A stretch of DNA of 63,615 bases, the filler included, from Hyphochytrium catenoides (lineage: Eukaryota > Protista > Hyphochytriomycota), in the NCBI GenBank assembly GCA_900088475.1. It is 8 parts of 8 records of this genome, joined end to end, with 100 filler letters (N's around TTAATTAATTAA, not from the genome) between each part and the next. Parts side by side here need not be neighbours in the genome. Positions count along the whole stretch, not along the records: positions 1 to 12,403 come from FLMG01004627.1; positions 12,504 to 37,474 come from FLMG01003100.1; 6 more parts are not named here. One strand, 5' to 3'. Both the position numbers and the translations under genes were made by a program. Under the pieces are notes generated by a model. The model did not search any database. It was not told the origin of the DNA and was given only the letters and a program-made list of their open reading frames with translations. The first letter of the stretch is position 1. Each line of letters begins with the position of its first letter. Shown piece by piece: positions 1 through 13,099 of this stretch.

Positions 1-199
1 TCCTCATAGCTCTGTCTCTCGTCTTTCTCTCTAAGAGCCATGGGCTCATTCCTTCCTCACTGCTGGGAGAGGAAGGGAGAGGAGGAAGTAGGTACACCTT
101 ACCTTCCACTGATCTCTGACTGATCTCTCCTCTCTCTTCCTCTTTGCCTCTCTGGGACACATCCTCTCGTAGCTCCCTATTGCCCCCGTTAACTGTTAA

Positions 200-2348
200 T
201 CTGCAGTCTCTGGTCCTGTCTCTTTTCTTCCTGTCTCTCTTCTTCCTGTCTCTCTTCTCTCTCTCTCTTTGCCTCCATCATCCTTTAGCTGTTGCTTTCG
301 TCTCTCCTTCCCCTCTGTTCCCTCTTCCTCATTGCTCGATTAATTGCTTTCTCTTTGTTCTAAGTCTGTCTGTCCTCCCTTCTCTCTCCTTTCTTCTTCT
401 TCTCTCTCTCTCTCACTCTCTTTCTGTCTCCTCTCTCTCTTTCTCTCTCTTCTCTCTCCTCTCTCTCTTTCTCTCTCCCTCTCTCTCTCCCTCCTCTCCC
501 TTTCTCCTCTCTCTCTCTTTCCTCTCTCTCTCTCTGTGTCTCTCTCTCTCTCTCCTCTATTCTACTTTCCCTCTCTCTCTCTGTCTCCCCACCAGGGACC
601 CAAAACCGAAGGCAAAACCCTTCTACTCGGCACTGCGTAGAACTAATCGGGAATAGTAATCGCTATATTACTGAGATATCACTTCGTATTTATAATAACT
701 CTATATTGAGTCCCAGGTTCTGTAACCGACGCCCACACCCACCCATCCCCACCCATCCCTCAGCCCCTCACAGACAGGATGGCCCACGGCCGCTAACGGC
801 TAGCTGCTCGGTCGTTTCAAGGAGCTGATCCACTTCTTCTTCTAACTTTGCCTTCATTTATTGCTGCTGCTGCTGCTGCTGCTGCCCCTCCTTCTGCTGC
901 TGCTGCCCCATCTGAACGCTGTGAGCAGCGGCTCGAGCCACTTTTATGGGCGTTGCTTGTCACTTTTTCTGACTCCCGCTCATTGTCACGAGGCAAGTGA
1001 GGAGGTTCGCTCTGAGATATATCGAAGACAACTCTTGCCTCTTTCAATGTTTGTCTAGCATCCCTGCTGGGCTCTCGTCTCGCCGCTCCTCCGGTCGTCC
1101 ACCACGAGTTAACGTTGTAGCCCTGAAGTTAGCTCACTTTGGGGCAGGCTTGAGGCAGTGGAGTAGAGAGCAGGGCTTGCTGACTTTGCTCTAGAGGAAG
1201 AGCATAAAGCTCCTTTCCTTGACGACGAAAGCGCCAGCCAGTGAGTAGCTGCTCATGACTGTGGAGGCTAGAGATGCATATTTATTCGGACATGAGACAG
1301 TGATCCGACATCCCCGTTTGCCTTATTAGGGGGCATCTTAGGCTGTCGGCCAGGTGAGACGACGCTCAATTAAAAACATCAATGGAGGACTCCGACAAAA
1401 AGAGTCTTAATTTGATGAAAGAAAGTAGAACTCTCCTTCCTCCAGTTGCCATAACAGAAGAAGAACGAACCTTGACAAAAAGAGATTGTGATAAACTTGC
1501 GGTTCTTCTCAACGTTTTCATGCCAAGGTCACTCCTCAAGAGGCAGTAACTCTGACCGATGCTAACAACCACCTGCGCATTGTTTCCGAGCAGCAGGGGC
1601 CTAGCCTTTCAAGTGAAATCTTCTCCTATCTTAAGCCCTGTTAGTAGTGATCGGATGCCTGCTATCATCAGGCGGTGCTTCTGCGTCTTCTGAAGAGATC
1701 AACAACTACCTCACTTGTGGGGAGAATCCGTCCTACGGCCAAACTTATCTACTGGTACTGCTACTGCTAGTCCAGAGACCGCTAAATAACATGAAGAAGT
1801 AATAAACTACTTTGCTTCTCTTCCTTGTTTAGTGGACCACGTCCAGTGAAGGTAGCAGACTAATGGACGCAGAGCCCGTGTAGCGATAATTACCGGCGCG
1901 CCGATAGACCGAAGAAGGATTGGCGCTACTGCAGTCTGGATGATGATGTTGCTTTGCTCCTTTCGCGGTGCTGTTCTCTCTCCTCTTCCTCACCATGTCT
2001 TCTACATGTTTCCCCCTCTGTTATCAACCGTCTTCTTCTGCCCACCAGCACTAGAGAGTTCTTGGTAAGACGTCTTTGTTCACGGTTAGCATGGACGACG
2101 ATGAGCTGAAAGATGTTGCACCTCTCGCCTTCTCTTCTTCTGGCTTCCTCCTCTCCCCATCTTCCCTTCTTTTCTGTCTTTCTGCCGCCCTCCTCTTGCC
2201 TCTTTCATCACTGGCTCTCGTCTCTATCTTGTCTCCTTCTTTCTCTGTCACTCTTGTGTTCTCTCTTTTTTCTCTCTGTTCCTGCATCTTCTATATGTCT
2301 TCCCATCTCTCTGGTCTTGGTCTCTATTTCTCTCTGTCCCCTTTCACA

Positions 2349-2382
<34 letters not shown>

Positions 2383-2539
2383 TTCTCTCTCTTTTTCTCT
2401 CTCTCCCTCTCTCTTACTCTCTCTCTCTCTCTCTCTTACTCTCTCTTTTTCTCTCTGTCTCTCTCTCTTTGTCTCTTTCTGTCTGTCTGTCTCTCTCTCT
2501 CGCTGTCTGTCTCTCTCTCTCGCTGTCTGTCTCTCTCTT

Positions 2540-2581
<42 letters not shown>

Positions 2582-2807
2582 GCTTCTTTTGTATCCCTTT
2601 TTGTCTCTCCAATGTTCGGATATTCTCTAGACGCCTATTTTCTCCTACTTCTCTGACCCTTGAAGTTTATACCTTACCATAGCAGTGGTTGGATCAGACC
2701 CCAAAAGCCCAAAAGTACGCTTTAGGTTTATTCACACACTTCAGTGATGAGGAGGTCCCAGATCCAGTCGTTACTGGAAAGGAGGCAGCAGATGTAACCG
2801 ATCAAGA

Positions 2808-2859
<52 letters not shown>

Positions 2860-3760
2860 NNNNNNNNNNNNNNNNNNNNNNNNNNNNGAGCTGACTTGAG
2901 TTAGACAGATAAAAGAAGGAAGATGAAGAGACAGATGTAGCAGCAAGGAGGTGGAGTGAGGGGAAGGGAGAAACTGAGGAGAAGAAAGAGAGAGAGAGTA
3001 GAAATGCAGAGTGATTGAAGTGTGTGGAAAGGCCCAAGGGCACCAAGAAAGCAAAAGATGAGCAAGATTGGCAACAGAGAGAAGGAAAGTGAGTGAGGAA
3101 GATTGAACAAGCTAGAAACATGGGACCGAAGAAAGAGGAGAAGATGGCTAAAGGAGCGAAGAGAGAGAGAGAAGAGAAGAAAGAGAAGAAAAGCCAGAAT
3201 ATCAGGGGAGGAAGAGTGAGAGAGAATGAGAGTAGAAGGAAAGAGAGAATGGCACATGAGAACAAGTGTTTGCCAAAGCCCAAGGATGCGAAAGAGGGGA
3301 GAGTAAGCTCTGGAGAAGAGGATGTCGAGTAGGTCGGGGCAGGTAGCGATGGGAGGCGGGTGAGGAAGAGACGACCCGAAGAAAGAGGAGAGGAAAGAGG
3401 AGAGAGGAGGCTCGGGGGAGAACGGAGTTACCTAGAGAGAGAAGAGAAGATGATCTGAAGGAGTGGTACTACGGGGCTTGACAACTGAGGTGGATGGTGA
3501 GCTTGTTGACGCTCCACTCTCTTCTCTCGTTATCCGACCAAAGAGAAGAGACGACTGGGAGAAGACTGAGAAAGAAAGAGACACGAGCACACATACTGAG
3601 AGAGAAGGAAGCCGGGAAGAAGGAGGGACCCGGCTACACAGTAAAGGCAAAGCAGTAAAGGAAGTCAATCAGAGGAGGAAGGCCACCTCGAGGAAGTCTT
3701 TCCTCTCTCTCTCCTACCCTCCCCCCTCTCTCTCTGTCTCTGTCTCTCTCTCTTTCTCTC
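200..3760. repeat. (CT)n/(GA)n microsatellite-rich DNA, representative of tracts throughout the introns and intergenic regions of contigs 1, 2 and 8
   Basis: Long degenerate CT and GA runs; most internal N gaps lie inside them. Confidence 0.95.
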
Positions 3761-4063
3761 TCTCGCTCTCTCTGCATGGGCTCCATCTCGCTCTCGCTCC
3801 AATGCAATGCTCTTTCTCCTATCATCACGGCCTTCTTCGCAGCCAAGCGGTCATTGATCTCTTCATCCTTTCCTCCGTCTCCTCCACTTCTGGCTGATTC
3901 AACGACGTTTGAGGCTGATTTGTTGTTGAGAAGTCGCAAGAGTGGCCGCTTATATAGAGAAGCTACAACGCGCCAGAAGGAGAGAGCGCGCAAATAAATA
4001 GAAGAGACGAAGCGAGCGAGAGAGAGTAAAAATAGAGAGGGAGAAAAAGAGAGGAAAGACAAG

Positions 4064-6427
4064 ATGTCTGGTGCCAGAATGCACCGTTGGAGCAAGTCAC
4101 TCGCCTGGCAAAAGGTTGTCTTGCAGCACGATGCTCTCCATGCAGAGAGAGGCACACTCTCTCTTCCGCGGTTCCATTTTCTCTCTCTCGTTTGGGCTCT
4201 CATAGAATTGACTGTCTTCCTCATCACTCTGGCACAGACCGACTACTCTTTCCAATGGTTAGACTTAGTATCTGAGTTCACCAAGGCAAGCAATGATGAA
4301 GCTTTCTTAGAGCAAGCCCGGGCGTCCTTCGACCCGCAGAAGGCCATCTTAACGATAAACAACGGCGCCATCTCTCTCTCTGACTATTGCGGACCGCCGC
4401 CTGGCACGGCTTACTTCCAATATATCCATGGACGAGCTCTGTCAGTCATAAGACGAAGTAGACTACCTTCTACTGGTCCGGAGAGGGAAAGAGAAGAAGA
4501 GAGACTGCGGGAGACGGGAGAAAGAGTGACACACTCATTCCTCTCTCGAAGTATGATAGAGGACCTGGTCTGCAACAGGACGCAGCCTCTCGTAGATCAG
4601 CGGTACATCATCAGCACTCTCTCTCAATCCTGCAAGGGCCCTGTCCTTCTCCCTTCCGTCCGCACTCTCGCCTGCTGCAATGATTATCTATCATTTGGCT
4701 TCTACCTGGAAGTTCTCGGTGTGGGCAGCGTCTCTCTTCAGTGCTTTCCCCTAGACGATCCACTCTCTTCTTGGTCCGCGGTGCACGTGCTCTTCACAGA
4801 GGAAGAGGTACAGGATTATCAAGCAGAGTGGATCTTAGAGCAACTTCGTCCGATCTGGACTAGCATCAGAGTTTCTGGTCTTTCCTGGGTCTTCTTGTCT
4901 ATTGTCATGCGTGCCGTCTATTGGGCGTCAATGGTGCGAGCTACCAAGCGGATGCTCCACCATTTAAAGGTGGAATGCCCTGTTGTCGGCACTGTCACTA
5001 CGCCTGTAAAGGTGCCAGCACGCCAGCCATCATCAGAGAAGAAGAAGAAGAAGTCAGGTACTAGGGAACAGGAAGATGGGAAAGAGAACGATGTCCCTCG
5101 TCCATTGCTGGTGCGGCCGTGTCAGCCTGGAAGCGCTACGACTGTGCACCCTTTTGGCTCTGCGACTCCTCCACCTGAAGGGTAAGGGACAGAAAGTCTA
5201 CCTCTTCGCCTTGATCCTGCCGTTTTATCAGAGAATCTTTCCTCTTCTCTGCCCAAAGTCTGGATTTCTCTTTTCTAGTGTCAGTCGGTCCCGGTCACTC
5301 CCTCCTCCTTCTCCGTCTGACCTCCGCATGGTTAAATCCTAGAGCTATTGACACTCCTTCACTCTCAAGGCTGCTCTGTATTGGCATCTGACTCTTCTCA
5401 TCCATCCATTAGCCCTCCGTCTCTGGCTTGTTTTGAAGCATCGCTCTCCACCTGTGTCCTAGGGTTTCATCTCCCGTTGTCAGCATTGTTTCCTCACCCG
5501 CGCCCTCCGCCCGCTTACCTTTATAGAAAGTGCACTAAGACAACCGAAGCTCTGAAATTTCTCACAGCGTGCTCGCTTGGGTTAGCCTCTGCTAATAATA
5601 ACGCGGCCTATCAGTGTCTAGCCATCGTGAGACAGATCATAGGCTCCTACTATGCAGAGATTCTCACTGCAGCTACTGCCACCACCTTCGTAGCGGCGTG
5701 GCAGGCAGTGAGCATCGTGGTCTATCATGCAGCTGTCATTTGTCTCATCTCCAGGGCCCTCCGCTTGCTGTTGGGGCACGAGCAGAGGCTATCAGGCGTC
5801 TCAGATATCGGTATCTGGGCTTACTTTTCCCTCTTCATCATGGCACTGAACGTACAGGTGACGCAGGCATTAGGGGTGGACATGTCAGGAATCTTCAGTG
5901 TTAGCAATGCACTGATCGGCTGGGTCTTCTGGTGGCTCGTCTTCCCTGACTGCGGGGTAAAGGGCCCTTGCCCGTACACACGTGGCGATATCGTGACTCA
6001 TACAGTCTGCGCCTTCTACACAGCAGGCTTTGCCATCCTTATACAGATTGCACGGGAAAAATGGAAAAGCTGGAGCGCTACTAGGAGAGAACGGAAGGGT
6101 CAACGACGAAGAAGCTCAGTAGGCACCGGAGATGGGAGTGAGGTCAAAGTTCCATCTTTTTCTCCCAAGAATGGGGGCGGAGAGGGTAGCATGAAACTGA
6201 ACAATGGTCAGAAGGAGGAGGAGGAAGTTGGGACAGCGAGACCCTGGTGTGGCTTCTTAGCTGTCTTGGGCTGCCCTCATTGTGGCCTCCCCGCGCGGTC
6301 CACTGGCCTTTGGGTGGAGCTCCCGCCTCTTCTCTCTTCTTCCCCTCTCCCATCTACGCCTGTTCCGAGTAGTAGTCCTTGCAGCGATGTTACCCTCTCT
6401 TCTGACCCAAAGTATGGATGTGGCTGA
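4064..6427 (+). CDS. Uncharacterised multi-pass membrane protein (TM, Cys-containing ectodomain, several TMs); 2 exons
   Basis: ORFs 4064-5185 and 5348-6427 join in frame through a GT-AG intron 5182-5526 (GAA GG|gtaagg ... ttatag|A AAG TGC). Several hydrophobic segments. No family recognised; 3' end uncertain. Confidence 0.55.
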
Positions 6428-9416
6428 GAGATTCTTCTTCTATCTAGCGCTTGGACAGCTAGCCAATCTCTCTCTCTCTCCTTCTCTCTCGCAAAGTTGA
6501 TATCTATGACAGCGAATATTTTCTCTGAGGTTATTTATTAGGCCCTAAGCAAGGTAAAGCCGTTTTTGACGATAGAGCTCGTGCGATGGCCTTCATTCTC
6601 TTGCCTTCAGGACGGTTTAGGCTTTCTAACGTCACACTTGGATGGGCTGGCGCCACATCTGGAACAAGGTGTTAAGTCAACCGACAAAAAGGGAAACTTT
6701 AGGACAGCTGTATCCCAGGGAAAGAGAGCGTCTTCCTAAGGCTTGAGGGGGGCGGGCTAACACTGGTAAAGAGCTAGCTAAAGCAAGCAACAGGGAAGAA
6801 AGAAAGAATCTTCTGATCCCATACTTCTCTAACCTTCCGCTGAGTCCACGTACAAGCCATTTGCTGCCCAACGCAACGCGTTATACCGAGTAAGCAGCAC
6901 CTCAGGTCCATCACCGAGCCAGCGTCTTTCTGACTCACGGAAGGCATAGTTTGTGCACAAAGTACTCCAGATAGATTGATAATATATGAGCCTACTAGTT
7001 TGCCCATCATCTCTTCATCCACCCTCAGCCCTAAGTCGTGGATCTGACTAAGATTGCAATGGAACGGACCATCATCATACTCTCTTCTACTAAGGGACCA
7101 CCGTCCTTGAGGGACAAGGTTCGCTATTCCTTGTCTAAAGGTCAGAAGTACTGGAGTGATGGCTTCACTGGCATGGCTCAGAGTAAAGGGAACTCGAGGA
7201 TAAGTCTCTGTTGGTGCCACGCTACATAGAGTAGAGCTGCTCTCGAGGTACAGAAACTGTTGGTTCAAGCGATCGCTCACGGCCCGGCATTGAGGATGAG
7301 GACAGGATAAAAGGACATGGATGTGCATCCTTATCGGAAACAGCTAAGTTTACAGATCAAAGGGCCTGAGTGTGCTTGCAATTGGGCGGCGGGCAACTGT
7401 CCCTGTCATCATAGCCTCTAAGGTGGCACATACAAGACCGGACAGCAGTACTTGTAGTACAAAGAAGAAGAGCAGCAGAAACCATAAAACAAAGGAGACA
7501 AGAGGCAGGGACCCTTATTAGCAGCATTGGCGATACCAACTAGCAAGACCATCACCACCAGCAGCAGCAGAAACAGCAGAAGGAGAAGAAGAAGAGGCTG
7601 GCAGCAAAGAGGATAAGACCGACAATCATCCACAAGGAAAAGGTCCTAGAAGCTGTAGTACTTGGGAAAGTAGGAAGAGCTAGCTGCGGCTGGAAGCCAG
7701 CCGCAGCGGCGGCAACCGGACTATCTTTCTTTCAAAAAAGCCCAGCAGCCCAGCAGCAAACAGACAGCAGGAAGAACCAGGAGGCAAGAACAACAGCGCC
7801 CATCCAGCCCAGCCATCCAGCCAGCTAGCCAGCCAGCAGGATCCATCCGAGAGACGAGGAGCCATAATGCTAGAAGGAGGAGGAGGAAGAAGAGGGAGGA
7901 GGAAGGGAGAGATGACATAATGTTGATGAAGCCTCTGTATTGCTGCCCGCTCCTCCTCCAGTGCGGCAGCTGCGGGCTGAGATAGTGGCACCACAATTGC
8001 CGTAGATCCCGCTCCTGGAGGATTACTGTACAAAAAACCACCAAACCACCGACCCCCTTTCCTTCTTTTGGCCAATGCACTGACAATCACTCCCTCTATA
8101 CCCCAAATCCTGTTATATTCGGGAAGGGACAGTGCTTTCTCGATAACATGGGCCACCAGGAATAATCGATTCTGTAGCAGGGGTTTAAAAGAGAAGAACC
8201 TTCTCTACCGAGTTTAAAAATATCCACTTACTTAGAGATTCTACAGCCTAGTTTCGGCTATGGACCTGATGTGAGATCTTGAGTCCTCCCGACCTGAGAA
8301 CTCAAAAAGATTCTGCCTCGGTCGTTTCCCTCCTCCTGTGCCTTCCTAGAGACGTGGGTGGTGAGCAGATTGTGGGCGGTAGACGGGAAACGGCCTTCCT
8401 CTCTGTCAATAACGCTTCCTCCTCCTCCTCGTTGGTGTCTGTTGTGCGAGTGCCTGCTCCATATCGTCTCTGCTTTCTTCCCTGCTGCACTGTCTCCTTG
8501 TGCCCTGCTCCTGCTGACTCAACAAAGAGAGGTCTTGTCATAGCAAACCCCAGCCGTTCTTCCTTCCTTCCCCTCTTTCTCTAAGAACCGTCTCCGGCTT
8601 CTTTATTTTTTTATACAAAATATCGAAGAGCAGGCCATCTCTCTTTTTTCGGGTCTCCACATTCTGTTCCTTCTGTCCTGGTCGGCCCTGCATGACGAGG
8701 AGAAGATGAGACGAGGAACAGTCCCTGAGAGAAGGAGCCTCGTTCCAGGCTTGTGGGAAGAAGAATAGGAGCAAGCTTGCTTGGGGAGAACCAAACGTTT
8801 CAGTTAAAAAAGCTTGATGGAGGTTAAAATGTGTATGTGCCAGTGTGTCCAAAAAGAGAAGTTGAAGGGACTCAGTACCTGTCTTCATTGCTTACCAAGC
8901 CACAACAAAAGTAACAAGAAATGATGACTCCACAATCAAGCTGTCGGCCCATAATTGTCTGACTTTCTGGGCGACGGGATGATGGAAGCACCCTTCTTCT
9001 TGCAGGCTACAAGTAGAAGCTCTAACATCTATTTCCTAGTTATAAATGGCTGTGGTCAATCCTTCTCCTCTTCCTCATAGAGGTTTTCCCCATAGAACTA
9101 CTCCGCTTCTATCTTCTGGCGTCAGAATGGCCTTGATTGTGGGTGACAGACTACTGCCGTGGTGGCAAGCGTAGCACAGTGCATTGAGTTTTCGCGCGTC
9201 TCTTTTGATCTCCTAGAGCAGAAGAAGTCTCCTCCTCCTTTGTCTCCTTCCTACGTTTACATGCGTTGATGAAATGGACCCTTGACTCCTACAGCTTCAC
9301 TCTCCAATTTTCCAGGTCTGCTTCAAGAAGCACTAAAGAGAATAACTTTCACCCTCTTCACCAAGACCCACTATCAATAGAGCCTTGCTATATTTGCTTA
9401 ATAACCTCCCTAAACC

Positions 9417-10001
9417 ATGATGATGAGCACAAAGAGCTTCCTGGGGCTGGCGGTTGGCACATATCTTCTTCTAATCCTGAATGGTGCTGACAGCCAATCC
9501 ACCTCTGCAACTACGATTCCTCCCTTAAGCTCCACGAGTGGGAGCAGCGGCGAGTGTCCAACGGGCACGAACAGCGACTATGGAGCCTGCACGGCACAGT
9601 TCTCCGACCCTGGCAAGCAGCTCCAGTGCCTGCCATGCAAGCTCTACTCTGGCTCGCCTTGCACTTTCACGGAGTTTATGGATTGCAGCTTGGAAAAAGT
9701 TGATGACATAACCAAGCCAGATCTGACCAAGGTGCAGGACTACGTCCAGAAGGTCTGCATCCCCAGGTGTCTGCCAGGCTGTGATATAAAGAAAGTCACG
9801 TCTTGCTCCACTGGCGTCAGTTCTCTCGCTGAACAAGGAGCCTGCTTCAACAAATCTTGCAAAGGCGGCGCATCCAATGATTCAGGGAAGAGCAACAACC
9901 CTAGCGGCGCCAGTCCTTCGTTCCCAACAGGTTCCTCTCTCGGGCTCTTCATGTTGCTTTCGGGTCTGGCCGCCACGCTCAATGGACTCGTGGGGCTATG
10001 A
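9417..10001 (+). CDS. Secreted, probably GPI-anchored cysteine-rich surface protein (194 aa)
   Basis: Single-exon ORF with signal peptide (SFLGLAVGTYLLLILNGADS), S/T linker, 12-Cys domain, G/S/N linker and hydrophobic C-terminal tail (LGLFMLLSGLAATLNGLVGL*). Confidence 0.8.
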   Translation: MMMSTKSFLGLAVGTYLLLILNGADSQSTSATTIPPLSSTSGSSGECPTGTNSDYGACTAQFSDPGKQLQCLPCKLYSGSPCTFTEFMDCSLEKVDDITKPDLTKVQDYVQKVCIPRCLPGCDIKKVTSCSTGVSSLAEQGACFNKSCKGGASNDSGKSNNPSGASPSFPTGSSLGLFMLLSGLAATLNGLVGL

Positions 10002-10812
10002 GTTCAGAAGAAGGGACGGAAGGGCTACCTCATCTTCATACTTTCCATAATATGTCGCGCTTTTTTCTCAATGTTTATTGCTCAGAGTTATATGGCGCTT
10101 GGTTCTTCTACGCTTGTCGAGAGGTATCGTTCTTAGCCTAAACAACGCTTGACATTTAACTTTATAAATATAAATGATGATTCTTCCTGCTGCTAGTACC
10201 TCCACATTATGAATTGACTACTGGTGATGGTCCTCCTGTGATGACGGGAATGATCTGTGAGCAAAAGAAGGAGGAGAGCGAGAGATGATGAGATGGAGCT
10301 CCTTGACTTGCCGCCGGTCTCTATATTCTTCTTCGCTCCTTTCTTTCCGAAGCAGCACCATGGAAAGCGAGGAGCGTGGTGATGGTGGTGCCTACTTATC
10401 ATCATTCCTCTTCTCATCATCATCATCATTCAGCTCTGTGGATGGTGAGCGGATGTTGAACTCACAATCAAATCACTTAGTCCCAAGGAGACAGAGCAAT
10501 CTTTAGCGGTAGAAAGCAACAGAAGAGAAGAAGGAGAGAGATGATGAACCTTTGCAGTTGATGAAGAAGAAAAAGACTGATGATAATAATTGAGGAAGAA
10601 GTAGGAGGGGAGGGAGAGGAAGCGCGCTCAATCATTATCTGCCTTGGTTCTTCAGAGGCTCCCCAGGACTCTCAAGCTATGGGAATACATTATTCCAGCA
10701 GTTTGCTAGGATTGACTTTAGGAGAATTGCAAAGGATCTCAGGTGTCCTCCTGGAGCGCCCGGCGAATGAACAGTCACAAAGTGTTTNNNNNNNNNNNNN
10801 NNNNNNNNNNNN

Positions 10813-10845
<33 letters not shown>

Positions 10846-11425
10846 TTTTCTCTCTCTCTGTATCCCCTCTCTCTCTCTCTCTGTATCCCCCCTCTCTCTC
10901 TCGCTTTCTCTATCGATCTCTCTCTCTCGCTCTCTGGTTCGCTTACTCTGTGTATCTCTCTCTCTGTTTAATCTCTCTCTCTCCCGCCATGGTCCCCCTC
11001 TCCTATTACGTTCTCCCTTCCTCAGCGCTCTCTCTGTCTTGCCCATCGCTAACTTCGCCCAGCGTTCTCTTGATGTTCCCAGGCTGAAAGTCTCCTTCCA
11101 GCCACTCCTAACTGTTTGTAGCTCCTCTCAGGTGTCTCCCAGTCTTCCTTTCCTCCGCTAAAAATTGCTCTCACGAGACACGATGGCGCCGATCAACTGT
11201 TTGTCTTCTTGCTCCCGCCGGCACGGCTCTCTCTCTCCTTCGCTCTTCGGTTGCTCTGTCTCGCTCGAATAGCAAATTATCAATCGTTCTGTGTGCCATA
11301 GACCGCACAGTTACCCAAGAGTAAGATGCGTATGCTCTGGAGGTCCAGCGAGGTTAGCGGACCAAGGGCACAGAGCTAGAGGCCGCGGAGAGAACAGAGA
11401 ACAAGAGTGCGAAGGAAAGGAAAGA

Positions 11426-12126
11426 ATGAAGCCCTTCCTCAGACACTTCATTCTGCTCCTTGTCCTTCTGATCCCTATCATACAATGGACAAGTGGAAGT
11501 TCCGAAGGGGAAGAAGAAGAGGAGAAGAGAAGCTTGGCTAGTGCCCCAACTTCTCCTTCCTCCTGCGGCCTCCCATGCGGAAAGCTTCATTCTATTTACC
11601 TCTCCAGTCTCCTAGGCGTAGGCAACTGGACGGATGATAATGAGGAGAAAGAGAGTGAGGGAGAAGGGGAGGAGAACGTAAGGGAAGAAGAGGCAGCCCA
11701 GTCTTTATGCCTCGCAGAGTCCTGTCCGGCTGGCGAAGAAGCTAGAGCGTCTTCTGCTCGCAAACCCTCGTTCCCTTCGCCTGACTCCTTCTTCTTACGG
11801 GCTCAGTCTCTCGACCTTTCCCCCTCTCTCTCCTCTTCTCATCCCTCCTCTCTCTCTACATCTCAGTCCCGCCGCTTAGCTGCGGACTTCACCGCAAGCT
11901 TAGGCGCCGAGGGTGCCCCGGCTACCATTGACAGATTTCCCAGTGACCCCGCCCTTGCACTGTCTCTCTTCCGGAAAATAGGAGAGAGAGGGCTGATGGC
12001 GGCTTATAGGATCTATAGTCTATCTTCCGCGGGGCGTTGCGCTCTCCACTGCGTGAAAGATCCGCTCTGTCTCTCCTTTGACTTTCAAAGAGCAACGGCA
12101 GTCTGCTACATCTCACATGAAGACAG
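11426..12126 (+). CDS. Secreted PAN/Apple-domain protein, first exon (rest lost at contig end)
   Basis: Signal peptide MKPFLRHFILLLVLLIPIIQWTSG; PAN motif CALHCVKDPLCLSFDF...CYIS; donor AG|gtaaga at 12126/12127. Confidence 0.65.
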
Positions 12127-12403
12127 GTAAGAGCTGTGTTAGAGGCTGGAGGACAATAAAACCTTCTCTATCGTTATGGTCTCTCTCTCTCTTTCTCCTT
12201 GTCTCTCTGTCAGTCTCCCTCTCCGTCTCTACGTCCCATTCTCGCTTCTGTCAGGGCAGTGGGCGCCTCTCCTCCACTTTCAATCTAAGGCTTCCATTCT
12301 TTATTGCCGGTCACCACTTTCCATAGCCACACCAATCTCACCAAGAATCACTCGCGATTGTTAGGCTTCTGATTGCCCTCTTCTTTCTTCTTTCTCTCTC
12401 TCT

Positions 12404-12503
12404 NNNNNNNNNNNNNNNNNNNNNNNNNNNNNNNNNNNNNNNNNNNNTTAATTAATTAANNNNNNNNNNNNNNNNNNNNNNNNNNNNNNNNNNNNNNNNN
12501 NNN
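12404..12503. other. Artificial contig linker (44N-TTAATTAATTAA-44N); identical copies at 37475-37574, 40782-40881, 47116-47215, 49188-49287, 59805-59904 and 61984-62083
   Basis: Seven identical 100-bp blocks with a six-frame stop 12-mer; genes are truncated at these points. Confidence 0.97.
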
Positions 12504-12539
12504 ACGCTACGGTCCAGGGTTCGAGCCCCTGTATGACCA
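12504..12539 (+). tRNA. tRNA-Ile(AAT), 3' half (cut by contig edge)
   Basis: Identical to the 3' 36 nt of the two complete copies; followed by a T-run terminator. Confidence 0.85.
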
Positions 12540-12749
12540 TTCTTTTTCTTTTGGGGGAACGCTACTCTGTAGACCTGTAGAAGATCAAGGAGCAAGCTCT
12601 TTATATTTATTTATAGAAAGTGCCTTTATTATTACTCCTCCTACGAGAGCTACTTGTACAACTACAAGTACAGCGGGCTATTGAGCTTGGTTCGGTGCCG
12701 AGTTGGAAACTTGATGAGGCGATGTATGACCACACTGATTATCGAATGT

Positions 12750-12822
12750 GGTCGTATAGCTCAGTCGGTAGAGCGTAGCGCTAATAACGCTACGGTCCAG
12801 GGTTCGAGCCCCTGTATGACCA
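12750..12822 (+). tRNA. tRNA-Ile(AAT)
   Basis: Cloverleaf: acceptor GGTCGTA/TATGACC, D arm GCTC/GAGC, anticodon stem TAGCG/CGCTA with loop CT-AAT-AA, T arm CAGGG-TTCGAGC-CCCTG; TTTTT downstream. Confidence 0.97.
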
Positions 12823-13026
12823 ACCTTTTTGCAAGCTTAACATTTTTCGTCTTGAGCAAAGACTCCGCAAAAGTATTACTTGAAAGGTAAAGCCTTGTGG
12901 AGTAAACCTGGGAATAAAGCAGCGTTATTACTTATTTTATAAAACAAAAATTTGCCCCAGTTCACCTTATAAGGAGTACATAAAGAAACAAAACTTCGGT
13001 CTGTTTCTTCAATGTCTATAAGCCGT

Positions 13027-13099
13027 GGTCGTATAGCTCAGTCGGTAGAGCGTAGCGCTAATAACGCTACGGTCCAGGGTTCGAGCCCCTGTATGACCA
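13027..13099 (+). tRNA. tRNA-Ile(AAT)
   Basis: Identical 73-nt copy followed by TTTT. Confidence 0.97.

Noticed and set aside
861-1700. Possible degenerate paralogue of the 4064-6427 membrane protein (FYGRCLSL versus IHGRALSV)
   Set aside because: Similarity is too short and the frames are broken; cannot be supported.
144-3897. Many Leu/Ser- or Arg/Glu-rich ORFs here and throughout the window
   Set aside because: They are translations of CT/GA microsatellites.
8178-8190. CAGGGGTTTAAAA as the left TIR of the hAT element
   Set aside because: Imperfect match, on a different contig, with no subterminal motifs.
12448-12459. TTAATTAATTAA palindrome as a regulatory or recombination site
   Set aside because: Always centred between 44-N runs; an assembly linker.
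12723-12732. TGTATGACCA copy of the tRNA 3' end as an integration (att) scar
   Set aside because: Only 10 bp and no integrase or element nearby.
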